From the NCBI RefSeq assembly GCF_009914755.1, contig NC_060941.1: a stretch of 64,000 nucleotides of DNA; one strand, 5' to 3'. Within the stretch, counting starts at the first letter, position 1; each line of letters opens with the position of its first letter. Below, piece after piece: positions 1 to 13,162 of this stretch. A program made the translations under genes and the position numbers. The notes beneath the pieces are model-generated. The model had not been told where the DNA came from and searched no databases. It worked only from the letters and a program-made list of their open reading frames with translations. The DNA is from the human T2T-CHM13v2.0 reference genome, Homo sapiens.

Positions 1-960
1 GGACTGACATTTTCACAATATTGAGGCTTCCATTAACAATTTACCTCACCACCTTTTAAATATTTTTGTGCTTCACTAAAGTTTATTTTTTAAATCAATT
101 TTGGATCTCTTATTAGAATTATTTCTAGATTCCTTAAAATTTTCTATGGCCATTTTAAAAAATAAATCTTTATTAAAATTATATTTTCTTGCACTGGAAA
201 AAGGGTCTCTGGGAAAAAGTAAAAATGAATTCCATTTTCTAATTTAGTGTTTAAGTACAAGAATAGTATTGATTTTTGAAATACTTGTTTATAACAAACT
301 TGCTGAAACATCAATTCCCTTGGGTTTTCTTTGTAGACAATATTTTCTATGAACTCTTATCTTTTTGTTCTTTTCTTTCCAATTCTTTTATGGCAAAATT
401 CTTTCTAGTGTTCTTTTCAGAAATAGGACAACACTTCAAGGGTTTTTTAACAGAGTCTCAAATTAGTCTCCCTGCTTCGTGTGGATCTGTGGTCACACTG
501 TATCAAGGGGCATAAAGACCTTATACCCAGCCATTAAGAACTAGCTAATGTCTGAATGGAGATCCCAAGGGGCCACCACAGCATCCTCTATGGCTCATGT
601 TTCTTGTTCTGAGTTTTATTCTTGTTTCTCACACTAAGGTATTCCTATTTCTTTCTTTTAGGTATGGTTATGTGTTTTGGGTTTTTTTTTTCTTTACTTT
701 GATATTTTTCTATAACTTCAATGTATTTTAACAGCAATGGGAACTGTCAACATCAACTTAGTCTGCCATGATGCCAAGAGCTCCACCTCTGAACTCACAT
801 ATCCGTACCATATGAGCTAACCATGCTCTCTGCCTCTCCAGATTTACTGAACGATTTGACACCTGAGGTATTATGATTCTATTTGAAGAAGGGGGAGGGC
901 ATCTCAAGAGAGAAAATCAAACTTCTTTAGGCGCAGAGATGAGAAAGTACATCATAATTA

Positions 961-1636
961 TGAAATGGCCTCCTTGTCTGGGGTAATACCCGAGGTTCCT
1001 TGCCTCACAGCCAAGGAAATCAAGGACGTGGATACACACAGAGTGAGGATAAGAGTGGAAGTTTAATAGGTGAAAGAAAGAGGATAGCTCTCTGCTGGAG
1101 AGAGGGTTCTTGGAGAAATGGGCTGCCGGATCTGCAGTGAAATGGAGGCAGGGGGTTAGACGCCTGGTGAGGAGGTAGAGTCTGATTTACATGGAGCAGG
1201 AAAGACTGGCTGGACCAGGTGTGTCATTAGCATAGGGTGTGAAAAACTGATTAGGACTAGATGTGCCATTTGCATAGGGCACGAATTTCTGGTAGCCCCC
1301 ACCCTAATCTTTAATTATGCAGGTAGGTTCTCCGTCTGGCCTGCACCACGTTGCCCATTCCCTTATTGTACACATGATAACAAAAAAAGGAAGATGGAGC
1401 CTCCATGTTGGATATGTCTGGCCCCCAGGTAGCCCTTCCCTATTGGCACAGCTGCCAGCCTTCCCCTGTGCAGGCTTCCGGCTTGCTTGTCTATGTCTGC
1501 AGCTCAATTTCTCAGGCTGCTCTTTGTTAGAAAAAAAGTAATTTATTCGGCTGCTTTTTGTTAAAAGGGAAGCTCTGCCAAAGACTCTTTTACTTTCACT
1601 ATCTGCCTAAATAATTTCTTTCTACCTCCTGTATCA
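961..1636 (-). mobile_element. ERV1 solo LTR (LTR9-like)
   Basis: TG…CA ends; the reverse complement begins TGATACAGGAGGTAGAAAGAAATTATTTAGGCAG. Near 4-bp TSD (atta/atga). Confidence 0.7.
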
Positions 1637-2459
1637 ATGAGAAATGATAAAGATGATTAGACCTACATCCCTCATACCTAGCACATGATTCAAACATGTA
1701 CTACAAGAGATGCTGAGAAGTGAGGATTGAATTAATTACAGATCTAATATATTTTTGAGTCAATATCTCTTTAGAAAAATTAGTAAATGCTAGATATTCT
1801 GCAGAACTGTCACAAGTTGATCACAAAATGTAAAATGGCTTAAACAAAGTAAAGGTTTATTTCTCTCCTACATAATGGTTACAATAAATGTTTTTGTTTG
1901 GGGGAGGTTCTCCTGAGTGTGGAGTACTGGGGATACAGGTTCATTCCATCATGTGTCTCCATCATCCTGTTCAGCCTCCTCTCCATTTGCATCCAACTGG
2001 CACAAGGGTAAGAAGGTGTGGAGGAGCCCAGAACTGGGACACGTGTGGAATGGCTAGAACTCAGTCACATGAGCACACCTCACTGCAAGGGAGTCTGGGA
2101 AATGTAGTCTAATTGAACGTCCAAGAAGAAGAGAACAACACGGATTTGACTAAGCAGCTGATCGTTGCCGCTGTAATTTAAGTCTTAGAGTACAAGACGG
2201 ATCAAAGAGGAGGAAACCTGGAGTCAAGCAGTTGAGTTAGCATTACAATACTTCAGGGAGAAAACAATGATGGAGCTGAAGCACTGGGACATTTAGTAGA
2301 AAGGCTGAATTATGTAATAATTATTTTAAAGGAAGAATCAACAAGATTAGATGTAGAGGTGAGAGAGAAACTGAGTCATTAAGCTTGTGAGCATCCCACA
2401 TATGGGGAGTACAAGAAATATACCTGGATTTGACTCAAAAAATATTAAGAGAAAACTTA

Positions 2460-2897
<438 letters not shown>

Positions 2898-3889
2898 TCA
2901 TCTTAGGTTGGATGTGCAGTTTGGTCACGTTGGCAGTATGAGTGAAGTGGAAATACGGAGGGAAAAGTTCACACCTACAGATGTAAACCTCACAGTTTAC
3001 TAAGCAATGGTTGAAGCCACTAAGGAGTTGCTTGAGTCACCCAAAGAAATAATTAAGAACAGGAAGAGGAGGCTGAGAGAAAGGCATTGTGATTGTATAT
3101 ACTTGAGGGCTTGCCAAAGAGAGAAAAAAAAACAACAACTCTTTTTTCCTTTCTTTTAAAGGAAATGGTGAAAATTTACTTTGAAAATGAGACACCTGGG
3201 GAGAAAATTCTCCAGACTGTTTTAGTAGGATCTAAATGCACTGGTCCCTGTGATTTACAATCTTCCGACACAGTGTAGATACATGTTACCTCCTGGGCTC
3301 TGGGATCCCTCTGAGTTTTTTCAATGGAAAAATTCCTAATTTCTGGGCTGGCCCTTCCACCAGCAGACCTTTTGCACTGGAATATTTTGTCAAAGACTTC
3401 AAAATGCTGTCCTCTCCTTATCATGGGTAATAAAATTAGTGTGTGATTTTGGCTTCTCCACTAAGTTGTAAGGTCCTTGAGAACAGAGACCACGTCTTGA
3501 ATAAATAGATGAATAAACTGTATTTGTCACATATTTATAACTTCTCCATGAGGTCTAACAAAGTGACTAGACCATGGGACATGACAATTATTTGTTATAT
3601 GATTAATTTCTAGGCGTTTAGTGGTGGTGCTTGGAACAGGAAGGATGGGCACTTCTGATTCAGAGATTGCTCACTTTTTAGACATGACTATAAAGGGGTG
3701 AATGACAATTAGTCCTATTGACCTACAGGGATGTTTCCCCAAAATACTGGATATCTCTATAATTTAATAAACTCAGGTGTATACACAGCTGAATCACTTA
3801 AGTCAGAAGTGATGGAGAAGGATTATCACTACACACAGTAACTATGCTAATATAATGATATTCCTCTCCCCTTTCATGTTAAAGAAGCC

Positions 3890-4819
3890 ATGAGGGAAAA
3901 TAACCAGTCCTCTACACTGGAATTCATCCTCCTGGGAGTTACTGGTCAGCAGGAACAGGAAGATTTCTTCTACATCCTCTTCCTGTTCATTTACCCCATC
4001 ACATTGATTGGAAACCTGCTCATCGTCCTAGCCATTTGCTCTGATGTTCGCCTTCACAACCCCATGTATTTTCTCCTTGCCAACCTCTCCTTGGTTGACA
4101 TCTTCTTCTCATCGGTAACCATCCCTAAGATGCTGGCCAACCATCTCTTGGGCAGCAAATCCATCTCTTTTGGGGGATGCCTAACGCAGATGTATTTCAT
4201 GATAGCCTTGGGTAACACAGACAGCTATATTTTGGCTGCAATGGCATATGATCGAGCTGTGGCCATCAGCCGCCCACTTCACTACACAACAATTATGAGT
4301 CCACGGTCTTGTATCTGGCTTATTGCTGGGTCTTGGGTGATTGGAAATGCCAATGCCCTCCCCCACACTCTGCTCACAGCTAGTCTGTCCTTCTGTGGCA
4401 ACCAGGAAGTGGCCAACTTCTACTGTGACATTACCCCCTTGCTGAAGTTATCCTGTTCTGACATCCACTTTCATGTGAAGATGATGTACCTAGGGGTTGG
4501 CATTTTCTCTGTGCCATTACTATGCATCATTGTCTCCTATATTCGAGTCTTCTCCACAGTCTTCCAGGTTCCTTCCACCAAGGGCGTGCTCAAGGCCTTC
4601 TCCACCTGTGGTTCCCACCTCACGGTTGTCTCTTTGTATTATGGTACGGTCATGGGCACGTATTTCCGCCCTTTGACCAATTATAGCCTAAAAGACGCAG
4701 TGATCACTGTAATGTACACGGCAGTGACCCCAATGTTAAATTCTTTCATCTACAGTCTGAGAAATCGGGACATGAAGGCTGCCCTGCGGAAACTCTTCAA
4801 CAAGAGAATCTCCTCGTAA
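3890..4819 (+). CDS. OR1A1: Olfactory receptor 1A1, 309 aa, single coding exon
   Basis: Intact ORF with OR motifs (N-terminal sequon NQS, LHNPMYFLL, MAYDRAVAI, KAFSTCGSH, PMLNSFIYSLRN). Sequence matches OR1A1 as I recall it. Pyrimidine tract plus AG (…ctttcatgttaaag) lies just upstream of the ATG. Confidence 0.96.
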   Translation: MRENNQSSTLEFILLGVTGQQEQEDFFYILFLFIYPITLIGNLLIVLAICSDVRLHNPMYFLLANLSLVDIFFSSVTIPKMLANHLLGSKSISFGGCLTQMYFMIALGNTDSYILAAMAYDRAVAISRPLHYTTIMSPRSCIWLIAGSWVIGNANALPHTLLTASLSFCGNQEVANFYCDITPLLKLSCSDIHFHVKMMYLGVGIFSVPLLCIIVSYIRVFSTVFQVPSTKGVLKAFSTCGSHLTVVSLYYGTVMGTYFRPLTNYSLKDAVITVMYTAVTPMLNSFIYSLRNRDMKAALRKLFNKRISS

Positions 4820-5435
4820 CCAATGTGAGGGCCTACATTGGATACTGTAGTCACCAGTTACGGTATATTGGAAATCCAGTTCTGATGTCATCCTCCTACG
4901 AGAGGCAGTCTCTGATCTTTCTAGCCTGAAATTCCTAATCTCAGAACTCTTATAACATTTTAATAAGTTAATAATAAGTGATTATTGAAATTACCACTTT
5001 CAACTCATTGCTGCTCTTTTTGGCAGAGTGGCAGCACAGGGATATAGGGCATATGTCCTGATGAGCAGAGTCAAGTTGGGAAGATCTGAGCCTCAGCTTT
5101 CACATCTACATGTTAGGAATAATAAGTGCCCTACATGGGTCACATGGTGTGTTGATTACAATAGCTCATGCTTCCAAGATTATAAATCACTATTCATGTG
5201 TCCATTTTTATTTGACTGTTAAGTTTAATCACCCTTATTAGGCTTGCAAGCCTCTGAGGGCAGGAGTTGTTTTTACACATCACTGTACCTTCCCAATCTT
5301 GGTCAGATAAAGTGCATCCAATAAATACTGGTGGAAGTGGAATGAATAAGATATTAATATCTGAAACGTAATATTATAATTAGAGATAATCAAACCAGAC
5401 ATTATTTTCTCATCTTTTAAACCTTTCAAGAAACT

Positions 5436-7197
5436 CCCATTCACAAATGCTACAAAGGGAATAAAATACCTAGGAATACAGCTTACAAGGGACATGAAGG
5501 AACTCTTCAAGGAAAACTAAAACCCACTGCTCAAGGAAATAAGAGAGGACAAAAACAAATGGAAAAACATTCCATCCTCTTTTATACAAAGAATCAATAT
5601 CATGAAAATGGCCACACTGCCCAAAGTAATTTATAGATTCAATGCTATTCCCATCAAACTACCATTGACATTCTTCACAGAATTAGAAAACACTTCTTTA
5701 AATTTCGTATGGAACTAAAAAAGAGCCCGTATATCCAAGACAATCATAAGCAAAAAGAACAAAGCTAGAGGCATCATGCTACTTGACTTCAAACTATACT
5801 ACAAGGCTACAGTAACCAAAACAGCATGGTACTGGTACCAAAACAGACATGTAGCCCAGTGGAACAGAACAGAGACCTCACAAATAACACCACACATCTA
5901 CAACCATCTGATCTTTGACAAACCTGACAAAAACAAGAAATGGGGAAAGGATTCCCTATTTAATACATGGTGTTGGGAAAACTGGCTAGCCATATGCAGA
6001 AAAATGAAACTGGACCCCTTTCTTACATCTTATACAAAAATTAACTCAAGATGGATTAAAGGCTTAAACGTAAGACCTAAAACCATAAAAACCTTAGAAG
6101 AAAACGTAGGCAATACCATTCAGGACATAGGCATGGGCAAACTTCATGTTTAAAACACCAAAAGCAATGGCAACAAAAGCCAAAATTGACAAATGGGATC
6201 TAATTAAACTAAAGAGCTTCTGCACAGCAAAAGAAACTATCATCAGAGTGAACAGGCAACCTACAGAATGGGAGAAAATTTTTGCCATCTATCCATCTGA
6301 CAAAGGGCTAATATCTAGAATCTACAAAGAACTTAAATTTACAGGAAAAAAACCACCCCATGAAAAAGTGGGCGAAGGATATGAACAGACACTTCTCAAA
6401 AGAAGACATTTATGCAGCCAATAAACATATGAAAAAAAGCTCAACATCACTGGTCGTTAGAGAAATGCAAATCAAAACCACAATGAGACACCATCTCATG
6501 CCAGTTGGAATGGCGATCATTAAAAAGTAAGGAAACAACATATGCTGGAGAGGATGTGGAGAAATAGGAAGGTTTTTACACTGTTGGTGGGAGTGTAAAT
6601 TAGTTCAACTATCATGGAAGACAGTGTGGTGACTCCTCAAGGATCTAGAACCACAAATACCATTTGATCCAGTGATCCCATTACTGGGTATAAACCTAAA
6701 GGATTATAAATCATTCTACTATAAAGACACATGCACAAGTATATTTATTGTGGCACTGTTCACAGTAGCAAAGACTTGGAACCAACCCAAATGCCCATCA
6801 ATGATAGACTGGATGAAGAAAATGTGGCACATATACACCATGGAATACTACGCAGTCATAAAAAAGGATGAGTTCATGTCCTTTGCAGGGACATGGATCA
6901 AGCTGGAAACCATCATTCTCAGCAAACTAACACAAGAAAAGAAAACCAAACACTGCACGTTCTCACTCATAAGTGTGAGTTAAACAATGAGAACACATGG
7001 ACACAAGGAAGGGCACATCACACACCAGGGCCTGTCAGCGGGTTGGGGGCAAGAGGAGGGATAGCATTAGGAGAAATACCTAATGCAGATGTCAGGCTGA
7101 TGGATGCAGCAAACCACCATGGCACGTGTATACCTATGTAACAAACCTGCATGTTCTGCACATGTACCCCAGAATTAAAAGTATAATAATAAAAAAA
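5436..7197 (+). mobile_element. 5'-truncated L1PA (end of ORF2 plus 3'UTR)
   Basis: Fragmented ORF2 peptides ([31 protein letters not shown]), G-rich 3'UTR, poly(A), likely TSD aagaaact. Confidence 0.93.
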
Positions 7198-9129
7198 AGA
7201 AACTGACCTGGGGAAATATTTCTGTGCTTACTTCATAGTTTAGACTATATCTAAAGATAATACAACTCCTCCTAAAATCTTACTAAGACAGTCACTAATA
7301 AATAATAATAATAATAAACAAAAACAAAAGCAAAGAAAGAATGACCACAGGATTCAGGATAAGAGAAAATTCAAAAGGAGAAATGGGGGAATAGAACTAG
7401 GGTTATCACATCGTTAGATGTAGTTTATTACTACAGTCCTAATATTCAGATTAAGTGGTGAGTCCAGGGTGTTCATGAAATTATGATTGATTGATAGTTA
7501 CATAGATACATAGATAAAAGCTCTGAATGAAACAATGAAGAGAGCTTCTCTTTAATCAAGAATGGATAGATAAGAGAGCAGTAAGGGAGGAGGGGAGAGT
7601 GATGAGATCAGGAGTTTAATTACACATCTCTTAAAGCAATCTAGGGAAGAGAGAGTGAAGATACAAAATGAATACAAGACTAATTTTGCTGTTACGGATA
7701 AACTCAGTAAGATCAAATGGAATTAGGTGTTTATTGCCCATGGTGAAATAATAAGTACCAAAGAGGATAGATACTATATAAGAAGGTATCCTTCTTTGCA
7801 TCTACGATCCAGATGCAAACGTAGTGTGGAAATAGAAACCATAGAATGAATTATTATGATAGCAATAAGATGTCTAGAAGATTTTGAGTTCGAGTCACTA
7901 AAAGGAAAAAGATGCCCTTAATGACAGTAGTGAACAAAACAGCAATTTAAGAAAAAAAAAAAAAGTTCCATTTTGGGTGTGTTTTTAGTGTTCCAGTGAC
8001 TCTTGTGGATGTATTGGATTAAATAGTAGAATGAAGATACAAAGCTTTGGAGCAAAATTAACAGAACATGGATCAGAGGGGAGCTGATAAGTCAAGTTTT
8101 CAACAAAGAGACTTGCAGAATGACTAAACTTCAAGAAAGGGAGCCAGGATGGAGAATGAGGATTCCAGCTGGGGAAGGAAGACACTTGTACAGTCAAGAC
8201 TTGATGGTCCTCCAAGTCAAACTATGTGTCTCTCTCCCTTTTATATCAGTCAAGGGACATAGCACAGTGTATTGTCCTGCACTACTGAGCACTCAAATAC
8301 TTGCTTTGAAAAAAATGAAACAAGGAAAAGTGGTAAATGCTACAAAAGAAGTTAATGTGCCACGTAGGTTCAGAGAAAGTAGCCATTTCATTACATATGA
8401 AATGTACATATGCATGTGGGCGTGTGCATTTCGTCTATCACATATATTATTGTCTCTGAATTTTCAAAATAGTCCTGTGGCACAGATGGCAATAGCCCTC
8501 CTTCCAGATGAAGAAGTCACATCTCTCAAAGATGAAGTGATTTAGCCCATGTCTTTCAATTAGAAAAATGCAGATCTTGTATTTGAGCCCAGTTTTCCTC
8601 ATGCTGAATGCTCTTCCTCTGACTCCACAGCTGGCCTGTAGAGGGAATATAGAATAATGAGGAGAGATACCTAAGGAAGCCAGGATTTGTGCACCTGCAG
8701 GAAACATGGCTAGAACTTTAACAAGCAGAGGGGACACTCCAGCCATGGTAATGGTCCTTTTTATGATTCCTATTTATTTATTGCTTTTTAAGTTATTCCC
8801 CTTTATCTTCTGTTTTCATTCATGCTTGTAGGATTTCAATATACATGCTTAGCTTCTCACAGTCCATTTACAGTTAATATCACACCACCTCATGTAAAAT
8901 GTAGAAGCTCTGTATTTGCATAATCTCATTTATTGCTCCAACTGCCTTTTGCTAGATGCTATATATATAACAACTACTTACACTACAAAACTGGCCATCA
9001 GAGAAATGCAAATCAAAACCACAATGAGATACCATCTCACACCAGTTAGAATGGCGATCACTTTCTTATTTTCAAAAATTATAAAATTGGGTTTAAGATA
9101 TTCTTAATTCTAAGAAAATAGAATTTACG

Positions 9130-9252
9130 TTGACCTGGTGGCTCATGCCTGTTATCTCCGCACTTTGGGAGGCTGGGGTAGGAGAGCTGCTTGAGACCAA
9201 GAGTTCAAGACCAGCCTGAGCAACATAGCAAGACCCCATCTCTTAAAAAAAG
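9130..9252 (+). mobile_element. Alu monomer (FLAM-like)
   Basis: Left-monomer sequence followed by an A tail. Confidence 0.8.
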
Positions 9253-9748
9253 TTTAAGTCAAAATGGACACCCACAGAAATAGAAAAGATCATTCGAGAC
9301 TACTGTGAACACCTCTATGCGCAGAAACTAGAACATTTAGCAGATATGGATAAATTCCTCGAAGAACCTTCTTGGAAGTATATTATCCTCCACAATATGG
9401 AAATGAAGTAACATATGGAAATGAAACATGTTTTTCAATTTTTTCTACTATTCATTGCTAATTTCATTCCATTGTAGCAGGAAAACATACTTTGTATTTT
9501 TTCTAGCCTTTTAATGTCATTGGGGTTTATTTTGTGGTCTAGCATATGGTCTATCATAGAGAATGTTCCCATGACACTTGAAAATAACTTTCTTCTTTTG
9601 TTGTTGGGCAGAGCGTTACATAGACATCTGTTAGGCGCAGTTAATTTACAGTGTGGATCAAGTCTTTATTTCCTTGTTGATCTTCTGTCTAGTTGTTCTA
9701 TCCATTATTGAAAGTGGTATGTTGAATTCTCCAAATACTGTTGTTGAA

Positions 9749-10025
9749 TTATTATTATATATTATATAATATATATATTATTATTATATATTATATAATA
9801 TATATTATTATATATTATATATTATATAATATATAATATATTATTATATATTATATATTATATATTATATAATATATAATATATTATTATATTATATTAT
9901 ATTATATATTATATATATATTATATATATATTATATATATATATTATATATAATAATATATAATATATTATATTATATATTATTATATATTATATAATAT
10001 ATCATATATATTATTATTATTATTA
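9749..10025. repeat. Irregular (TA/TTA)n low-complexity array
   Basis: About 280 bp of almost pure A/T. Confidence 0.95.
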
Positions 10026-10861
10026 TTCCCCACCCCACAACAGGCCCTGGTGTGTGATGTTCCCCTTCCTGTGTCCAAGTGTGAAGATAATGTGTGGAGT
10101 TTTTCTATGTAGATAAGTTGTTATCGGCTTCAAACAGACTGTTATAAGAATTTTTATCCAAACCTCATGGTAATCACAAGGAAAAAGCCATTGTACAATC
10201 AAAAAATAAGACTGACAGGGCATGGTGGCATGAACCTGTAGTCTCAGCCACTCAGGAAGCTGAAGTGGGAGGATCACTTGAGCCAAGGAGTTGGAGACTG
10301 CAGTAAGCTAGGATCATGCCACTGCAATCCAGCCCGGGCAACAGAATGAAACCCTGCCTCTTAAAATAAATAAATAAATAAAAGTAACTTTTAAAAACAA
10401 AGAGAAAAGGATCAAAGTATATCACTATTTTACAAAATCATCAAACCACAAAGAATACAACAAGAGATGGACATCCAGCTTTCCCAGCATTCCAAGACAC
10501 CTGTTAGGATGCCCACTCCAGTCTCACCTCACAGAGATCATAGTGGGGTAATGGCAAGGTTAACTCCCTGTGGTCAGATACAAACAAAGAAGGGAGGTGT
10601 TTCTCTGAGAAAGAGAGAAACAAAAGACTGACAAAAAAGACAGAACACAATCACAAATTGACCATAGTGTTTGCCTATCAATAATTACTTCAAGTATAAG
10701 CAAATTACACTCATTATTCAAAATATATACAGCAGCTAAATGAATTAAAATACATGATCCAACTATGTGCTTTCTAGAAGACACAAACTTTAAATTTAAG
10801 GACACAAAGAAACTGAAAGTAAAGGGAAGAAAAAATACATTCGATGCAAATTGTAACCAAG

Positions 10862-13162
10862 TGATGTGGTTTGGCTCTGTGTCTCCACCCAAATCTCATT
10901 TCAAATTGTAACCTTCATGTGTCAGGGGAGGAACCTGGTGGGAGGTGATTGGATCATGGTAGCAGATTTTCCTCATGTTGTCCTCATGATAGTGAGTTCG
11001 TTCTCATGAGATCTGATTGTTCAGAAGTGTGGCACGTCCCACTGCCCCTCTCTGTCTCCTGCTGCCAAGTAAGATGTACCTTGCTTCCCTTTCACTTTCT
11101 GCCATGATTGTAAGTTTCCTGAATGCTTCCCCAGCTATGCAGAAATGGAGTCAATTAAACCTCTTTTTTTATATACATTATCCAGTCTCAGGTAGTTTTT
11201 ATGCAGTGTGAGAATGGACTAATACAGAAAATCGTTATCAGTGGATTAGGGTACCTCTATAAAGATACTTGAAAATGTAGAAGCAACTTTGGAACTGGGT
11301 AACAGGAAGAGGTTGGAACAGTTTGGAGGACTCAGAAGACAGGAAGATGTAGGAAAGTTTGGAACTTCCTAGAGACTTGTTGAATAGTTTTTAACAAAAT
11401 GCTGAAAGTGATATGGACAATGAAGTCCAGGCTGAGGTGGTCTCAGATGGAGATGAGGAACTTATTGTGAACTACGGTAAAGGTGATTCTTGCTATGCAT
11501 TAGCAAAGACACTGGAGGCATTTTGCACCACCCTAAAGATCCGTGGAACTTTGAACTTGAGAGAGATTATTTAGGTTATCTGGTGGACGACATTTCTAAG
11601 CAGCAAAGCATTCAAGATGTGACCTGGCTGTTTCTAAAAGCCTATAGTCATATGCATTCACAAAGACATTATCTGAAATTGGAACTTATGTTTAAAAGAG
11701 AAGCAGAACATAAAAGTGTGGAAAATTTGCAGCCTGGCCATGCAGTAGAAAAGAAAAACCCATTTTCTGGGGAGAAATTCAAACTGGCTGCAGAAATTTG
11801 CATATGTAACAAGGAGCCGAATGTTAATAGTCAAGACAATGGGGAAAATGTCTCCAGGGCATTTCAGAGACCTTCACAGCAGCCCCTTCAATCACAGGCA
11901 TGGAAGACTAGAAGACTCAATGCAGCCATGGGACATGGCACCCTGCATCCCAGCCACTCCAGCTCCAGCCATGGCTAAAAGGGGCCAAGGTAAAGCTCAG
12001 GCCATTGCTTCAGAGGGTACAAGTCCTAAACACTGGTGGTTTCCACATGGTGTTGGGCCTGCAAGTATGCAGAAGACAAGAGTTGAGGTTTGGGAATCTC
12101 AGCCTAGGTTCCAGAGGATGTATGGAAATGCCTGGATTTCCAGGCAGAAGTCTGTGGCAAAAGCAGAGCCCTCATGGAGAACCTCTACTAGGGCAATGCA
12201 GTGGGGCTGGAGCCCCCCATAGGAGAACCGCCTAGTGGAGCTGTGAGAAGAGGGCCACCCTCCTCCAGCCCCCAAAATGGTAGATCCACCAACAGCTTGC
12301 ACTAGGTGCCTGGAAAAGCCACAGGCACTCAATGCCAGCCCATGAAAGAAGTTGCAGGGGCTGTAGGTACCCTGCAGAGCCACAGGGGTGGAGCTGCCCA
12401 AGGCCTTGGGAGCCCACCTCTTGCATCAGTGTGCCCTGGATGTGAGACATGGAGTCAAAGGAGATTATTTTGGAGATTTAAGATTTAATGGCTGCCCTGC
12501 TGGGTTTTGGACTTGCATGAGGGCTGTAGCCCCTTGGTTTTGGTCAATTTCTCCCTCTTGGAATGGGAGCATTTACCCAATTCCTATATCCCCATTGTAT
12601 CTTCGAAGCATCAAAGTAACTAACCTGTTTTTTATTTTACAGGGTAGTAGGCAGAAGGGACTTGCCTTGTCCCAGATGAGACTTTGGACTGGAACTCTTG
12701 AATGCCTGAATGAGTTAAGACTTTGGGAGACTATTGGGAAGGCATGACTGGTTTTGAAATGTGAGAAGAACATGAATTTTGGGAGGAGAAGGGTTGGAAT
12801 AATACGATATGGCTCTGTATCCCACCCAAATGTTACCTGGAATTGTAATCCCCACATGTCAGGGGAGGGAACTGGTATGAGGTGATTGGATCACGGAGGC
12901 AGATTTTCCCCATGCTGTTCTCATGATAATGAGTGAGTTCTCATGAGATCCAATGGTTTAAAAGTGTGGCACTTCACCCTCCCCTTCTCTCTCTCCTGCT
13001 GCCATGTAAGATGTGCCTTGCTTCCCCTTTGCCTTCCACCATGATTGTAAGTTTCCTGAGGCCACCCCAGCCATGCAGAATTGTAAGTCAATCAAAGCTC
13101 TCCCTTACCTAGTCTTTACCCAGTCTCAGGTAGTTCTTTACAACAGTGTCAAAACAAATACA
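10862..13162 (+). mobile_element. Complete THE1D-type MaLR (LTR 10862-11225, internal region, LTR 12800-13162)
   Basis: Two homologous LTRs, THE1 internal sequence (DLWNFELERD-like text), perfect 5-bp TSD CCAAG at 10857-10861 and 13163-13167. Confidence 0.92.

Noticed and set aside
563-572. O/E-like site TCCCAAGGGG upstream of OR1A1
   Set aside because: An isolated motif in apparently old L1-derived sequence, with no supporting paralogue or exon evidence in the window.
4246-4270. MAYDRAVAIS instead of [10 protein letters not shown] in OR1A1
   Set aside because: As I recall this is the normal OR1A-subfamily sequence, not an allele-specific lesion.
11490-12747. Cluster of 100-160 aa ORFs
   Set aside because: Decayed THE1 internal sequence broken by frameshifts.
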